Shown piece by piece: positions 1 to 13,666 of a DNA stretch of 64,000 nt. A program made the translations under genes and the position numbers. The stretch's first letter is position 1, and each line of letters opens with the position of its first letter. Source of the stretch: Octopus bimaculoides (lineage: Eukaryota). The stretch covers positions 135,178,458-135,242,457 of the forward strand of contig NC_068981.1 in NCBI RefSeq assembly GCF_001194135.2, given 5' to 3'. The notes under the pieces were generated by a model. The model searched no databases. It was not told the origin of the DNA and worked only from the letters and a program-made list of their open reading frames with translations.

Positions 1-434
1 TTGCACCTATCCTTTTAGTTTTAGAATTAGAACTAAAATGTTCAAGCTGGAAACAACTTTTTTGAATTATGAAAATTCTCATGCATTTTTAAGTAGCCAA
101 AAGTATCTGGAAAGACACCTTGTTTAAATATTTAAAAATAGTATTGCTCACCGTCAGTACTAATATCATCCCACTGATGAATGTCCTGTTGTTTACTTAA
201 AAACACAGTTGCATTAGGGTTTAATCCAGCGCTCTTCTGAGTGACCTATCAAAACAAGACAAAAATTAGTCATATATAGAGATCAAATCATATACAAATA
301 ATTAATACATTTTCAAAAAAAAAATCTGAAAGTGATTTTTAAAAAAATTTTCACTTATAATAAAACAAGTGTTGCTTGCCCAACATAAAAACTGCTTAGT
401 GTAAGAAAACAGCCTTATAACCTAATTGGTTTAA

Positions 435-560
435 CCCTTTTGATACCAACCTATCCAAAATTGCCCAAGAAAAATTTTAGTCAAAATTATTAAACCACCC
501 CAAAACAGTCATAATAACCTATTCATATTTTAATGAGGATTGCAGCAGAAAATTCATTAG
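435..560 (+). mobile_element. Truncated piggyBac-MITE end
   Basis: TTAA CCCTTTTGATACCAACC resembles the terminus of the 15257 MITE; second end not found. Confidence 0.4.
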
Positions 561-1528
561 TCTATTCATGAAAATACATGGTCTCACTATGTAAAGACTT
601 GAGCTGCACTATTTGCCTTTATTGTGCATGATATCTGAGCACAATCAAGCAAACTGGAGATAATCTATACAAAATATTATATAGTAAAATTTATGAGCTT
701 GGATTAAATTTGTATACCATGGTGAATGAAAGATACCAATGTTTCAAAAGTAACCTGTACCTGAACTAATTTCTCTTTCAGAAAGGTCAGTCATAAAAAC
801 TTAGTATCCTTAAACTCCATTATATTGTTAAAATGGTCACGAATATAATGCTATATATAATAAAAGTCTATTGCTATATTTGAATTATTTAAAAATAATT
901 CTTTTCCTTTATTGAAATAAACTGTATGGTGCTGCAGCACGGCCACAGTCCAATAACTGAAACTACAGAAATCATAGACAAGACCATGTCAGTAATATCT
1001 ACTGCATTAGTCACTATATCAGACTTGGGCAACCTTTTCTCAAGAAGTGGGCCATCTAAGATATGGTTCATCATCTGGTGGGCTGCTCCAAAAAATTCAA
1101 GGCAGTTTTTCATAAGGAATGCAATTCAAGGAGTCCCGTGGACCACAGGGTACACATGATTGCATTATACACTGCTCAGGATTCTTTCTTCATGTATGAC
1201 ACCTCCTCAGGGGTTTGAGGACACTGGATCGCAATCAGTTAACAACTTGCATTTGTCAATTTTTTTTTTAAACTTCTCAGCATAGGGGGTAATGGCTCCC
1301 ATAATTATGGCCACAGTAAAATGGATGGTATTAGCAAATATATTACAACACTTAAATGAGAAAAAAGATTATTTTGTCCAGATATTCACATCACCATAAA
1401 CTCCAGTTATGATGCAAAATCAGCAGCACTAAGGCCTTTTTCACTAACATCATTCAGCGCTGTATGTTGAAAGGAATATCCCACACTGACAAGAGAGAAG
1501 GTACAGTATAAAACTCACCAAGGGTAGC

Positions 1529-1881
1529 TCCACAATGCCATTTATGTACCTCACATAGTGAGAGCAAGACACAAACTAACTGATCATTGAGAAGGGAGCT
1601 GCTTGATGCTACACTGAACCAGCAAAACTGTTGGTCTGTCCTGATTAGAATTATGCAGTAGTGGAACTACATTCCATGTTGTTCCAATCATTGTGATTGG
1701 CCGCATTCTGGTGAGCAATGAGGCTAACATAAACCTCAACGGCATGTACAGTCTCAAGCTTGCCGTCTACATTTGGCTCATGGACAACTGCACCACACTA
1801 GTGGGGAAAATGAACCAACAATGCCAAAGTCATGCAGAGAATGGAGTTACTGAACCTCAAGTAAAGTTGTTTGTTGCCAAC
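1529..1881 (-). other. Candidate exon of the minus-strand transcript (acceptor uncertain)
   Basis: Donor CCCTTG/GTGAGT near 1528 and acceptor TTTTCATTTTCAGTATTTTAG/ near 1882; GC-richer unique sequence; stops in all three frames. Confidence 0.3.
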
Positions 1882-2888
1882 TAAAATACTGAAAATGAAA
1901 ATCTTATGAGCCAAAACTGCCCATATTTAAATTTTAAAATAATAAATCTTAGAAGAGTTAAACTATCCAGTGTCAAATGTATTGAAAATGTGAGGTATAA
2001 ACAAAAGAGTATGGCTGAAAACAAAATATACAGAGATTATATATCTATGACTTCCAAATACAATAATCTTTAGAAATTCCTATTTTTCTCTAACAAATTT
2101 TTATCATAGAATCATTCTGAATATATTGACAATTACAGGATTCTACTTAAATTCAGTTTAGCAAATTACATGAACAAAAGACGATCCATAGAGCACATTC
2201 TATAACGTCAGTGATATAAGTTCCGTGTCAACAGATGGTAAAAATACAGGTTACACAACGAGAGTTAAAAAAACAAAAATCTTACTCTGCTAAATAAAAA
2301 TTTAGGGATAGGAATATATGACATCCCTCAAAATAAATTAACAATGGAATCCAGTCTCAACCAACTGGCAGAGATGCCACCAAAATAAACCAGTCATACA
2401 TAATGTCTTTAGATAAAACCCTATGAATGTAAACAAAGATCGAAAGAACTGATGCAATTATTGCACATAAGTACCCTTATTTAGAATATTTGGAACAGTT
2501 AGCTACTAATTGTATCTGATGCAGAGGCAAATAACCAAGCACAAATCAGTTATCATTTGAAAGATAAAATTTCAATTGATGTTTTACAACTAATTAATGT
2601 TTAAAAAAAAAAATCAAATTCCTAATTTTCATCTTTTTTTTTTTTTTTTTACAATCTTAGTTTTACTGTTTAATACCAACTATAAACATATTTTTATATC
2701 TTGTTTATTTAGGGTGAGGGTGTTCTGGAGCATCTATCCATTTGTATACATGTAGCGAAAATGAAATTTGTACATTTTTTAAACGTGTATTATATAAACT
2801 CTTTTACACATTATAGATAAACTTAGAAATGGAAAGAACAAAGTCGTAGAGAAAGTTTTCGTTTAAAATACAAAAACTATATCCAAAA

Positions 2889-3450
2889 NNNNNNNNNNNN
2901 NNNNNNNNNNNNNNNNNNNNNNNNNNNNNNNNNNNNNNNNNNNNNNNNNNNNNNNNNNNNNNNNNNNNNNNNNNNNNNNNNNNNNNNNNNNNNNNNNNNN
3001 NNNNNNNNNNNNNNNNNNNNNNNNNNNNNNNNNNNNNNNNNNNNNNNNNNNNNNNNNNNNNNNNNNNNNNNNNNNNNNNNNNNNNNNNNNNNNNNNNNNN
3101 NNNNNNNNNNNNNNNNNNNNNNNNNNNNNNNNNNNNNNNNNNNNNNNNNNNNNNNNNNNNNNNNNNNNNNNNNNNNNNNNNNNNNNNNNNNNNNNNNNNN
3201 NNNNNNNNNNNNNNNNNNNNNNNNNNNNNNNNNNNNNNNNNNNNNNNNNNNNNNNNNNNNNNNNNNNNNNNNNNNNNNNNNNNNNNNNNNNNNNNNNNNN
3301 NNNNNNNNNNNNNNNNNNNNNNNNNNNNNNNNNNNNNNNNNNNNNNNNNNNNNNNNNNNNNNNNNNNNNNNNNNNNNNNNNNNNNNNNNNNNNNNNNNNN
3401 NNNNNNNNNNNNNNNNNNNNNNNNNNNNNNNNNNNNNNNNNNNNNNNNNT
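2889..3450. other. Assembly gap (N). Others at 44048-44057, 44336-44536, 47056-47065, 50380-50640, 52695-52762, 57641-58408, 61897-62565 and 63698-63707
   Basis: Runs of N. Confidence 0.99.
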
Positions 3451-6400
3451 ATATCAAGTTCTGTCGATCGACTGCAATCTCTCTCTAACATGTTTCTACA
3501 TTTAAAAGTTTTTGGCCCACAAAGCATAACAACTGAAAGAGAGAATGGAATGTGGTACAAGCAAAATCCAAAGACTGTCATTATGTGACATACTACTGCT
3601 GCTGTTACAACTACTGATATTTTTGTTGTTCTTTATACAGTTGGCACAAAGCCATAAACTTAGCAAAAGATGTAGTTTAAATTAGTAAACTCCAGCACAT
3701 GGACTAGTATTGTTTTTTTTTTTTGTTTTTTTTTTAAATAATCAATGAGGTCTAAATTGGCCAGATTTGAATGCACAATTTTGAAGGGCTTTAACCAAAT
3801 ATAACAAAACTATCCAATACCCTACCAGTGTCTACCATTCACCTTCAGAATACAATAACTACATGCTTATGTTTATAAATAGCAAATTATTTAAAAAAAA
3901 CCCAAAAAAAACAAATACTTGTTAATTCATAGTAGAATCAACTAAAAATATTTTAAACTACTTGTATGTTAGGCTTAATATTTATGTTTATGATTACGCT
4001 GAATATGTAATTTTTATTATTTTTGACAAAGCAAAACAATATTAACATCGTAAATGTACAATAAGACTATGTACAACAAAGTCATTGCATTTATAGTAAA
4101 TATTTCACCATCACTCGCACACATTATCTAACAGATTTTCTAAGAAATACTTGTGACAGAATTTTACAAAAATCTAGCGATAAAAAGTAATGACAGTATT
4201 CTATTGCAATTAAACAAGGAAGAAAAAAACCTCATCTAAAATAATAGCTATAAACTTTGTAAAAAAAAAATATTTCAAAATAGATACTATAATAAATTTC
4301 AATAACAATTAAAAAATAGTTTCTATAAAAGAAACAAAAAAATTATAATTAGTTTTTAAATGAGTGAGAAAAATATTAGGAAACATTTTTATAGAACATA
4401 TGTTGCTTAGCTGAATGCAACGTATAATACAGGAACCAATATTCTAATTAGCAACGTACCTTTTGTTTTCTTTGAACACATAAAACACATGAATTGGCTG
4501 AATAATAATAAACATCACCAGGGATCATCTAGTTTCAATTAGCAATTAGGGCTCAGACGTGTCTCATAGCAACACCTTCCCTAAGATTTAATTGTGCTTG
4601 CTAGGTACAAAGTACACAGACGACATTTCAGGTAAAACATATGTTATCTAAGAAATCGCCAACTGGTTATATCACCAAAATAATTTAAGTAATTTGTTGT
4701 CTCAATATTAATGATCATTAAAATTTTAAATGTATAAATTGTAGCTAGTGTTGTTAAAACTGAAATATTAACTGCAGACCAGTATCATATAATATAAAAT
4801 ACTGAAGCAGAAGCAGCCATAGCTTATGTACTGAGTATGAGCATAGGTCCACTGCTTTAAGTGAAGTAGCAGAGTAGCAGGAGTATCACTAGCAGCCTAA
4901 CTGCAGCAGTAGTAGCAGCAATCGAGATGGTAGAAGCAGGCACTAAGCAAAGAGTCCCAACTGCTGATAGGTATCATGCTTCAGTAAGGAGAAAAAATAT
5001 TATTCTAAATTTAAATAATAAGCAATTAACTTAACAGTATTTAAAACAAGATACAATATAAATACTTAAAACAATTATGGACTGCTTTAATTACAATGTC
5101 TTATCAGTGGAAGAATATTGCAAATATATTGGGGGGAGGGAGAATTTTTTTTTTTTTTTAAAGAAAAAAAACATCAGAAATATAAATCTAAAATAATTTT
5201 ATCAAAGATGTTCATTATCCAGAATATATATGAGCTGGTACAAGTGCATTTAAAAGCAACAAGTCCATCCATAATATCCATAATGGAAGCAGTAACAGCT
5301 GTTTAACAATATAGTCAATTTCATAAAAGCAAATATTGACAATAGAATATTTAGGAATGCTCTAACCTAATAAATGAAATCAGAAGTTCATATATATACA
5401 TATATGACTGAAAAATAGACTAAAATTGAAGTTTTAGATTTGAGGGGAGGGGTATGAAAATTAAAATAAAACAAGAATTTTAGAAAACCCTCAAAAGATG
5501 TAATTATATAGATACACACACACACATATATATATATTCCACAACTAATAACTGAGTAAATATTTAATTCTATTTTCTCAATCTTGTACACATGTTTGCC
5601 AATTAGCATAGCATTATGAATAACACAGGCAGGAAACATTACAAAAAAATTAAATTAACATTCAGTAAGGGGACTGTGCCACCTTGAGTAACCTCTTCAA
5701 AAAGTATATTCTTTTTAAAATATTTTTTTGTGGAGGAAGAGACACACACACAACCATTTTGACTTTAAAAACCAACATTTCTAGAATTTATTTCTGATGA
5801 AAATATAGCATTGATCAACGCAGACATTCATTAGCATATCTATGTTCCTTGATCAACGTAAAAACTAGGACAAATTTTCTGATGAGATTTTGCTTTAATC
5901 CTTGAGATTAAGAAACATCAATATCAATACCCTATAAAGTTATTAATATACATTCAAACATCTCCAGTCTAATTTAGTTATATAAATTTCTTGAACTCCC
6001 AAGTTGATGAATGAAACAAAAAGTGAGACTAAGTGTAAAGGTGTAATGTGATGAGCAAATGTTTTATTAGGACTCACCAAAATAAGTGTTTAAATTCCAT
6101 TCGCATTATCCTATATTTAACACTGCCCACCAACAACTAAGCCTAGGTGGTCACTTAATTTGCTAGAAACAGCAGCCAATTGCTGTTGAAAAAGACAGAC
6201 ACATTAGATAAATATCCTAGATATGCAATGGCCAAGAGAAGGATGAGGTCATCATGGCCTGAAAGTTTTTGATAAATAGATCTAATCAAACAAAGTTGAG
6301 TTGGAGCAGAAACATGTCTGCAGACATGTTCCAAGACCTCAGAAGACTGTATGTATAATGTGGATCAGTTTTTAAGCATTAAAACAAGATATAGGTGGCT

Positions 6401-7195
6401 AAAAAGCAAAGCAATGGATGCAGTGACTGGAAAGAAGGCAACACTGCACTGATAAGCCATTTCAAGTTCAAATCAGAGATGGTTCACCAGTTCTTTGTTG
6501 TGGGACCTGGTGAGTGCCAATAGTCACTTGAGATCAAGTATCACTAGCTTTGAAAAGAAAACCAAATCCATTTGAACAGTACCAGCAAATTCTACCAAGC
6601 CAAGCACTGTTTGTGGAAAATGGTATTGTGGAAACTTGTGGTGAAAAAACAATGCATAATGATAACACGAGCCAATATTGTTAAGTTTGTCTTAACTGAT
6701 TGACACCATCCACTTCAAAATTAAATAACTTTCACCATCCTGTGGTTCACATACTCAAAAATGGATTATTACCAGAAATGTGACAATAGCAAAATTAAAA
6801 TGAATTCAATGAAGTCTAGTGATATAAGAACCATTATAAATTGCAAAATCCACAATGACATGTACAACAAAGACCATCAGTGACGGGAGTAAATGCTTTA
6901 GAAAACTTAATGGCAACAGCACACCAGAAAACCAGATGCAAAAGAGAGGAGGTTGTATTTATCTGCATGGGCGAAGAGCATAGTGATAATGACAGGTGTG
7001 GGGAGAGAGTGGAGACCCTAGGAATTCTGAAACCTTTTAAGAATCATAATTGATAGATCATAGTTTTGAGAAGGAATCGAACAAATTTAGCATAGTGAGA
7101 GGTAATCCAAAAGCAAATTAGTAGTTCATAATCTATCAATGATTGAATATCACAATAAAAAATTTGCTTGCTATATCAAATTTTGCTTGAATTAA

Positions 7196-8192
7196 CCCAT
7201 TGCCTGCCATGAGCCTTGTTTAGGGATCTGCTAAAAACAGTCACACTGCCAGTTTTTCATTGCAAGTGAATTGCTTATGTACATTGTATTTGCAGTGGTG
7301 TGCTTAACAATATTTAGTAGTTGAAGTTTGTCATTATTAGCTCTGGTTAAGTCCAGAGGACATTTTTTTTAATACCATAAATTGCAGTTTATGAACTACA
7401 AAAATATTTACATTATTTACATTCGACGGATATTTGTCATCTTGTTTGTTGTTAACACAACGTTTTGGCTGGTATACTCTCCAGGTGTTTTGAGGAAATT
7501 TCGAACCTGGGTTCTCATTCCTAAAGTATTTTTCGATATTATTATTTTTCAGGTCACTGCTTGGAATCCAACTCAGAATCTTGGGGTTAGTGGTCCGCGT
7601 TCTTAACCACTACGCCATATGGCGTAGTGGTTAAGAGTGTGGGCTACTAACCCCAACATTCTGAGTTGGATTCCAAGCAGTGACCTGAACAATAATGATA
7701 ATAATAACATCGAAAAACACCTTAGGAATGAGAACCCAGGTTCGAAATTTCCTCAAAACACCTGTAGAAGGCTGGAGGGTATACCAGCCAAAACGTGTTA
7801 ACAACAAACAAGATGAGGACAAATATCCATTGAATGTAAATAATGTACATAATTCATCTCTTTAAATATAGAACTGTACAAAAATATTGACGGTTTTGAA
7901 AAATTTATTATTTTTTTTGTCTTTTGCATTTCCCATCTATTGATATGTCATACACATCCGCATTTGATAACGATAGTTTAAAAAAAAAACTAAAATGTCT
8001 ATTAATGTAATTGAATAGAAAAGGATAAACATGCATTTTCTCCAGTAATCAACATTTGGAACTTTTCGAAAAATTTATAATTTCCAAAATAATTGACATA
8101 TGAAGAAAATTTAAATACTGTACATTATTTTAACTCCTAAGACACCTGACAAAGTCAAAAAGTATGAATAAAAAAAATTGGCAGTTAATGGG
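7196..8192. mobile_element. Non-autonomous piggyBac-type element hosting the SINE palindrome
   Basis: TTAA(7192-95) CCCATTGCCTGCC ... GGCAGTTAATGGG TTAA(8193-96): imperfect 13-bp TIR starting CCC with TTAA target site. Confidence 0.7.
7409..7876. mobile_element. Head-to-head palindromic dimer of a tRNA-headed SINE-like element with decayed hammerhead motif
   Basis: Arms 7409-7618 and 7619-7847 are reverse complements with no spacer (centre CCATATGG). A-box TGGCGTAGTGG at 7620-30 and B-box-like GTTGGATTC at 7665-73. HHR-like module at 7757-7799. 12-bp direct repeat TACAAAAATATT at 7397-7408 and 7877-7888. Confidence 0.8.
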
Positions 8193-8701
8193 TTAAGACC
8201 ATACAGTTCTAAAGCGAGAGAGTATGTCAATGATGGTAATTCCTAATTTAGGTTTAGGAAATTCATATTACAAATTTAAGTCATGTCACCATTAAAAAAA
8301 ACTGGAGCATTCAACATACCTGAAAACAGTGAACACAAATCAGCACAACTGAAAACATTAGTTTCAAAAATCATAAATGTTTATATAAAATGAATAATAA
8401 TGTCACACACTGACACAATGTAAAAAGTAAAATATCTGCCACCAATTGAGAACATGAAATGTATAAATACTAAAACAGTTATGACTTATTATATAAACAA
8501 TGCATTTGTAACCAATAACTTAAAACTGAAAAATTAACATACTGACAAGAATAGTCAGTCACCAAAAAATGTGTCTACATTTTTACTTGGTCTTGCAAGT
8601 CAGGTAAATGTCATCCACTTCTTAATTTAAAAACAATTTTATGTTGACTAATGTTTCTTTGCTCAACTAGTATTATAGTGGATACTTGTATCCTGTATTT
8701 G

Positions 8702-8743
8702 TTAAGCCTGCCAAGAAGTAATTCCTGTTCTTGAAGAATGAAC
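8702..8743 (-). CDS. Candidate downstream exon (phase 0 reading VHSSRTGITSWQA-stop)
   Basis: Acceptor GTATTTCAAATTTAG/ at 8744; unique non-repeat sequence. The frame is ambiguous, as the other two frames stay open longer. Confidence 0.25.
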   Translation of the reverse strand, partial: VHSSRTGITSWQA

Positions 8744-11700
8744 CTAAATTTGAAATACAGTTTTAGCTCAGCTATGTGGTGACTAGGAAATAATTTTCAT
8801 TAATATCTTAATTCTTCTGTTAAATAGGTCTGCATGAAACATTTAGATGTCTAAAACAAAATTTAACCATTTTGACAACAATTCACCAAGATTATCCCTG
8901 GCTTTATGATTCAAGACCTTTCTGAATTAAAACCTATTACAATTTCATATGAGAAAATTAAGCTATGTTCTAAACAATAAGATATGTTCGTAATACCTTT
9001 TACATTAAAAAAAAAAAAATAAATAAAATAAAAAGTTTTCATGGTAACTTTTTATTGAGCATGCCATTTAGAAAGTCCCACAAGTTGCAGTTTGTCCATG
9101 ACTGTTTTAAAACTACTAACACCTTTACATAGATTCTGTGCATCTTTTTGATTGGTCAATGTGTTTACGTTTGTATTAAAAGAAAATATCTTAAAATGCA
9201 TGGATTTAAAGAATGGAAATATTTGATAAGCTATTTATAATTATTGTCTATATCTTAATTTTGTATCCTTGCAATAGATATTAAATGGAGGTGTTTTTAA
9301 GTAAATTTTCTCCCTTAAATATTTCAAAATTCAAAACTTATCTTTCAACATTGCATTCAGTATTCTAATTTTCTTTCAGTTTTTCGTGTTCTTAATATTC
9401 TGGTTTTAAGATCGTTTAAAATTCATTCTCCTGGCTTTATATTTGGCACCCACCCACACAATGTTAAGTCAAGATTTGTTTAACTCTAAATGCATTTGAA
9501 TAATAGGCATAACATTAATAACCGAATAGTATGAAAATAAAATATTCCCGTGCAACCATCTAGTCAGATATATAAACACAGATAACTTATTAGAGCATGT
9601 AATTTTAATATCTTCCAAGACCAAAACCATTACTAGCAGCAACTGTTTACAATCCTATTATATCAAGCCAATGAGTGATGAGGAGATCTTTAGGCCACTC
9701 AAGCTGTTAGAAGTAATGGCCAAATCCTCCCCAAACTACATACTACCATCTTAAAACAAGGACATACTAGAAAAAATCTGATACACTATAACTGGAGAAA
9801 AAAAAAGATGGTCACAACTGGAATGCCTTGAATAAAAGATTTACTTTATCAGCCAAAAGGATAACAGAATTACATAACTGACAAATTCTGGTAATAGCAA
9901 TGTAACTACCGACAATGTTAAACAAATATTTGAAAGTCACAAGAACAAGTGGAGAATAGTTTGGAGAAGGTAAACGTTACTGTAATATATGTGTGTGTAT
10001 ATAAATTGTGTATGTGTTGAGAGATGTGTATGTGTGTATGCATTGGCTCAATAGTAAATGATAGTCACAGACAATTGTTAACATCATATAAGCAGTGTCC
10101 TTTGTTCCAGTCTTTTGTAGAAATATTAATTTACTTGGAAAGTCATGGGCTAGCAACAAGAAAGGTATCCAGTTTAGAAAACTCCATCTGACCCATGCAA
10201 GCATGGAAGAATGGACATTAAAGTGAAGATGGTGATATACAATGGTTTGGTTAGAAGGAAGAAGCTGTGGCCATGACCTTCAGACATTTGCAAGAAAAAC
10301 ATGAGCAGAAAGAAATTCCAGGAGTAGAGGGTGTAGTGCTCTGTCTAGTCAAGATAGCCTATCAGGAGCCTGGTTCAAATGCTTGGAACACAGTTATCCC
10401 TGCCAAAAGCTAGGCAACATAAAGTGGCTGCCATTAAGAGCAGAGGGAACATGGGCTCTCAACACCACACACAAAAGGATTATTATTTCAGATAAATGAT
10501 GGCACAAAGTCAAACAACACATGTAGACATATGCTGAAGCCACTTATTATGTAATTACTTTACTATTACCTAATCTAGAAATAGATACATATACATTTTT
10601 GTGTGTATGTGTGTGCTTGCATGTACACTATGCATTACCTTAGAGATAATCATAATTAGCAATACTGTAAAAAATATATACCACATTCATATAATACATG
10701 ACAATATAAACTAATACACACTCGTTCACATATGTGAGTTTCACAAGCATAGACTAAAAACATCCACCTTCCCACACAGGTTCCTCTCATTGCTTTTCTA
10801 AGAACGAAATCTTATTCTTTCTTGTCAATCCCAGTCATTCAACTGCTGCCATCTTCAACATTATTTAAGAACATCACATTTTCTTTCCTTCCTGTAACTT
10901 TTCTTCTAGACATCAAACTTTTCACGAAGAGCTTAAGCTCAAAATATTAACATCCCATTAAGCTTCTAACTAATAATTACACTGTCTTCTTTTCACAGCC
11001 TTAATATTCTCAAATTTTGGACCTATATATTCACACATACACAATCAACTGTTTAATATCCCTTTTCTTACAAGTTAACATGGGTTAAATGAGGGACTTA
11101 TCTGAGGCAGTATTTAACAGCTGAATACCATTCTTTTTAAGTAAAGGACTTATTATTTCAGTTACAATGACAAGTAATACAATCAATATCACCATTTTGC
11201 TCATACAATGACAAGTAAAGCTATGAAACATTTAAGCACATATGTGCACACACAACATACCCACCATCTGTCACTCTCCATACACACTCTTGCAACTTCT
11301 AAACTTTCAACCTTCCTGATCATCTACTCCCCACACTTCTATTCAGTTTGTACCTTGAGAGTACACATTGACCACCAGCTTTATTTCTCATTCCAGTTCC
11401 ACTTCAATCACTCCCACTCATCCTTATATAATGCATGGTAGCCGTCCATTTCCTCTGCACTAATAAAGCTGTTCTTCCCATCATATTTCTCAACACCTAG
11501 CATATAACCAACTACCTCTCTACTAGTCAAGGTAGCCTTAGTCAAGGAGCTCTTTAGACCCAAGTTACATGGCAACCTTATTGGTGCTGGTGCTATACAT
11601 AAAAAGCACCCAGTACATACACTGTAAAGCGTTTGGTGTTAGAAAAGGCATCTAGCCATAATGGACGGCATCCAACATTATGGAAGACAAGCATTAAACG

Positions 11701-12450
11701 ATACATTTATATTTATCTATATCTTCATTTGTTTGTATGTGCATATAGGCTCAGGAGTGGTTGTGTGGCTAAGAATTCTACTTTGTGACCATGGAATAAT
11801 ACCATGCTTTATACACATGGAATAATATGAGAAAGATTATTTCAAATGAATACTTGATAGAGAGGATATATTGATTTGCAATAAGTCCAATGGAGAGTTC
11901 AATCCATTTTGTCAGGTTGAGTGACAACAGCCAGGCTCATTATCTGGAGCAAATAATTTGTAAGCATATTGAGTTCATATGTATATGACAATTGATGAGA
12001 CATGTAAATAGTGCTCAGCAGGGCGATTTATTTTATGTAAATACATATCATTAAGGTTATGCTTGTACTAGTGTTTGTGTAATAGTAGTAGATGTATCTT
12101 TATAGTGTTAAGATGCATGTGTGTACAAGCTTCTGTGGAATTATTGTTTTAGCATCCACTTTTCTATGCTGACATGAGTCACTACAGAGTTTACTGAAGC
12201 AGGTTTTCCCTGGTCATATGCCTTCCCTGTTGCCAACCCTGAACCATTTCCATGTAAGGTAATATTCCTCCATGACAAGACATGTTTACACAGAATGCTG
12301 GTAATATTCTGTATGCCACTGACACTCATTTACAACTGTCGTGCAATGATAAGGCAAGGTGATACAAACACACACAATTTTTTTTATGTGTATTTTGCCT
12401 TTAGGTTCTAACTGCTAATAAACCACCCTTTTTAATTTGCTATATTTATT

Positions 12451-12485
<35 letters not shown>

Positions 12486-13450
12486 CATGTTTGTAAGTAT
12501 GTGCATATTCATACTGGGTATTTGCAAAAAGACAAGATAGTTGGAATTTTAGGAGAGTACATTTGATTTGATACACCATGTTAGAGGAATGTGTGCACTC
12601 TTATGTGTGCCACAATATATGTTGATATGTTTGTATAAGCTTTTGTAGGTTAGCTTGTGTGGGATTAATCAGAATGATTTTCTGTATATTATTAGGTTGT
12701 ATTCATGCAAGTATGTGTGTTTGTTTTGTAATTTTAATGTGTATGAGCTGCATGAGAATGTGGACATGGTTATTATTCTGTTTGGGGATGATTTCGTGTC
12801 TGAAATTTGTGTTAGCATGAATGTGTGCATGCAGGTGTATATACATAGTGTGTGCATGAATGTGTATATACACAGTTGGGTAGTAATTACAAATAATAAA
12901 AAGCATGCATTAATTGCGTGCAAATGTGATTTGAGTGGTTAATTCTGTGTGTCTGTGTGTATATAATTGGGTGTTTACATAGCATGTGGGCAATTTAGTT
13001 ATTGATTTATGTGACTGCAATCTTTGTTTATTATTTTGTGCCTATGGGTACTTGTGAGATAAGATGATAGTGCATATGTGAGGTATTGGTTTATATGTAC
13101 AAAATCAAGAGTATGCAGGGGTTTTTTCTTTATACTTATTTTTCTTGCATGTAAATTATCTTTTTTCATAATAATCCGAGTGTTTATGCATGTATGTATA
13201 ATCATAGATTAATGAATTCTGTCTCAATTATGCAAGTATGGAAAAGTGAATGTTAAGATCAGAATGAATATCCACACACACATACCTACATAAATATCTA
13301 TATACACGTTTAGATATCAAGACATACCTGTATACATAATGTGTCATACAAAGACATATGCACAGTGTGTGTGTGTATTAGTACACATACGTTTATGTGT
13401 AACAGCATAATTTACAAAAATCGAAACATTACAAAGACTCAGTGATTTAA

Positions 13451-13666
13451 CCCGTTAGCATTCAGATTAGTTTGTCAAATGTAATGCTTATTTATTCATA
13501 TTATATTGAATTAATCTTGCATTGTCTCATAACTTTGAGGTTTCGATTATGAGGTCATTTACTTTTAGCATGATGTTGTTGGGTAGGTGTGAGAGGCTAT
13601 ATTTGGCTAGTTTGAACATAAAACAGTATATTTTGGCCAGATATAGCCAGTTTAAATGCTAAAGAG
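13451..13666 (+). mobile_element. piggyBac MITE, CCCTTTAGCATT-type family, copy 1
   Basis: TTAA CCCGTTAGCATT ... AATGCTAAAGAG TTAA; internal similarity to 15829-16036 and 31208-31373. Confidence 0.8.

Noticed and set aside
171-243. CTGATGA...CTGA with CAC/GTG ends resembling a C/D-box snoRNA or an HHR core
   Set aside because: Box C lacks the 5' purine, it lies on the opposite strand to the putative host gene, I recognised no rRNA guide, and there is no proper stem II/GAAA for an HHR.
2804-3581. Long ORFs full of X (also 44217-44766, 50201-50762, 57491-58818, 61865-62738)
   Set aside because: Artefacts of translating N gaps.
7620-7690. Functional tRNA gene
   Set aside because: Mutated B box, no convincing acceptor stem, and continuation into a repeat body: a SINE head.
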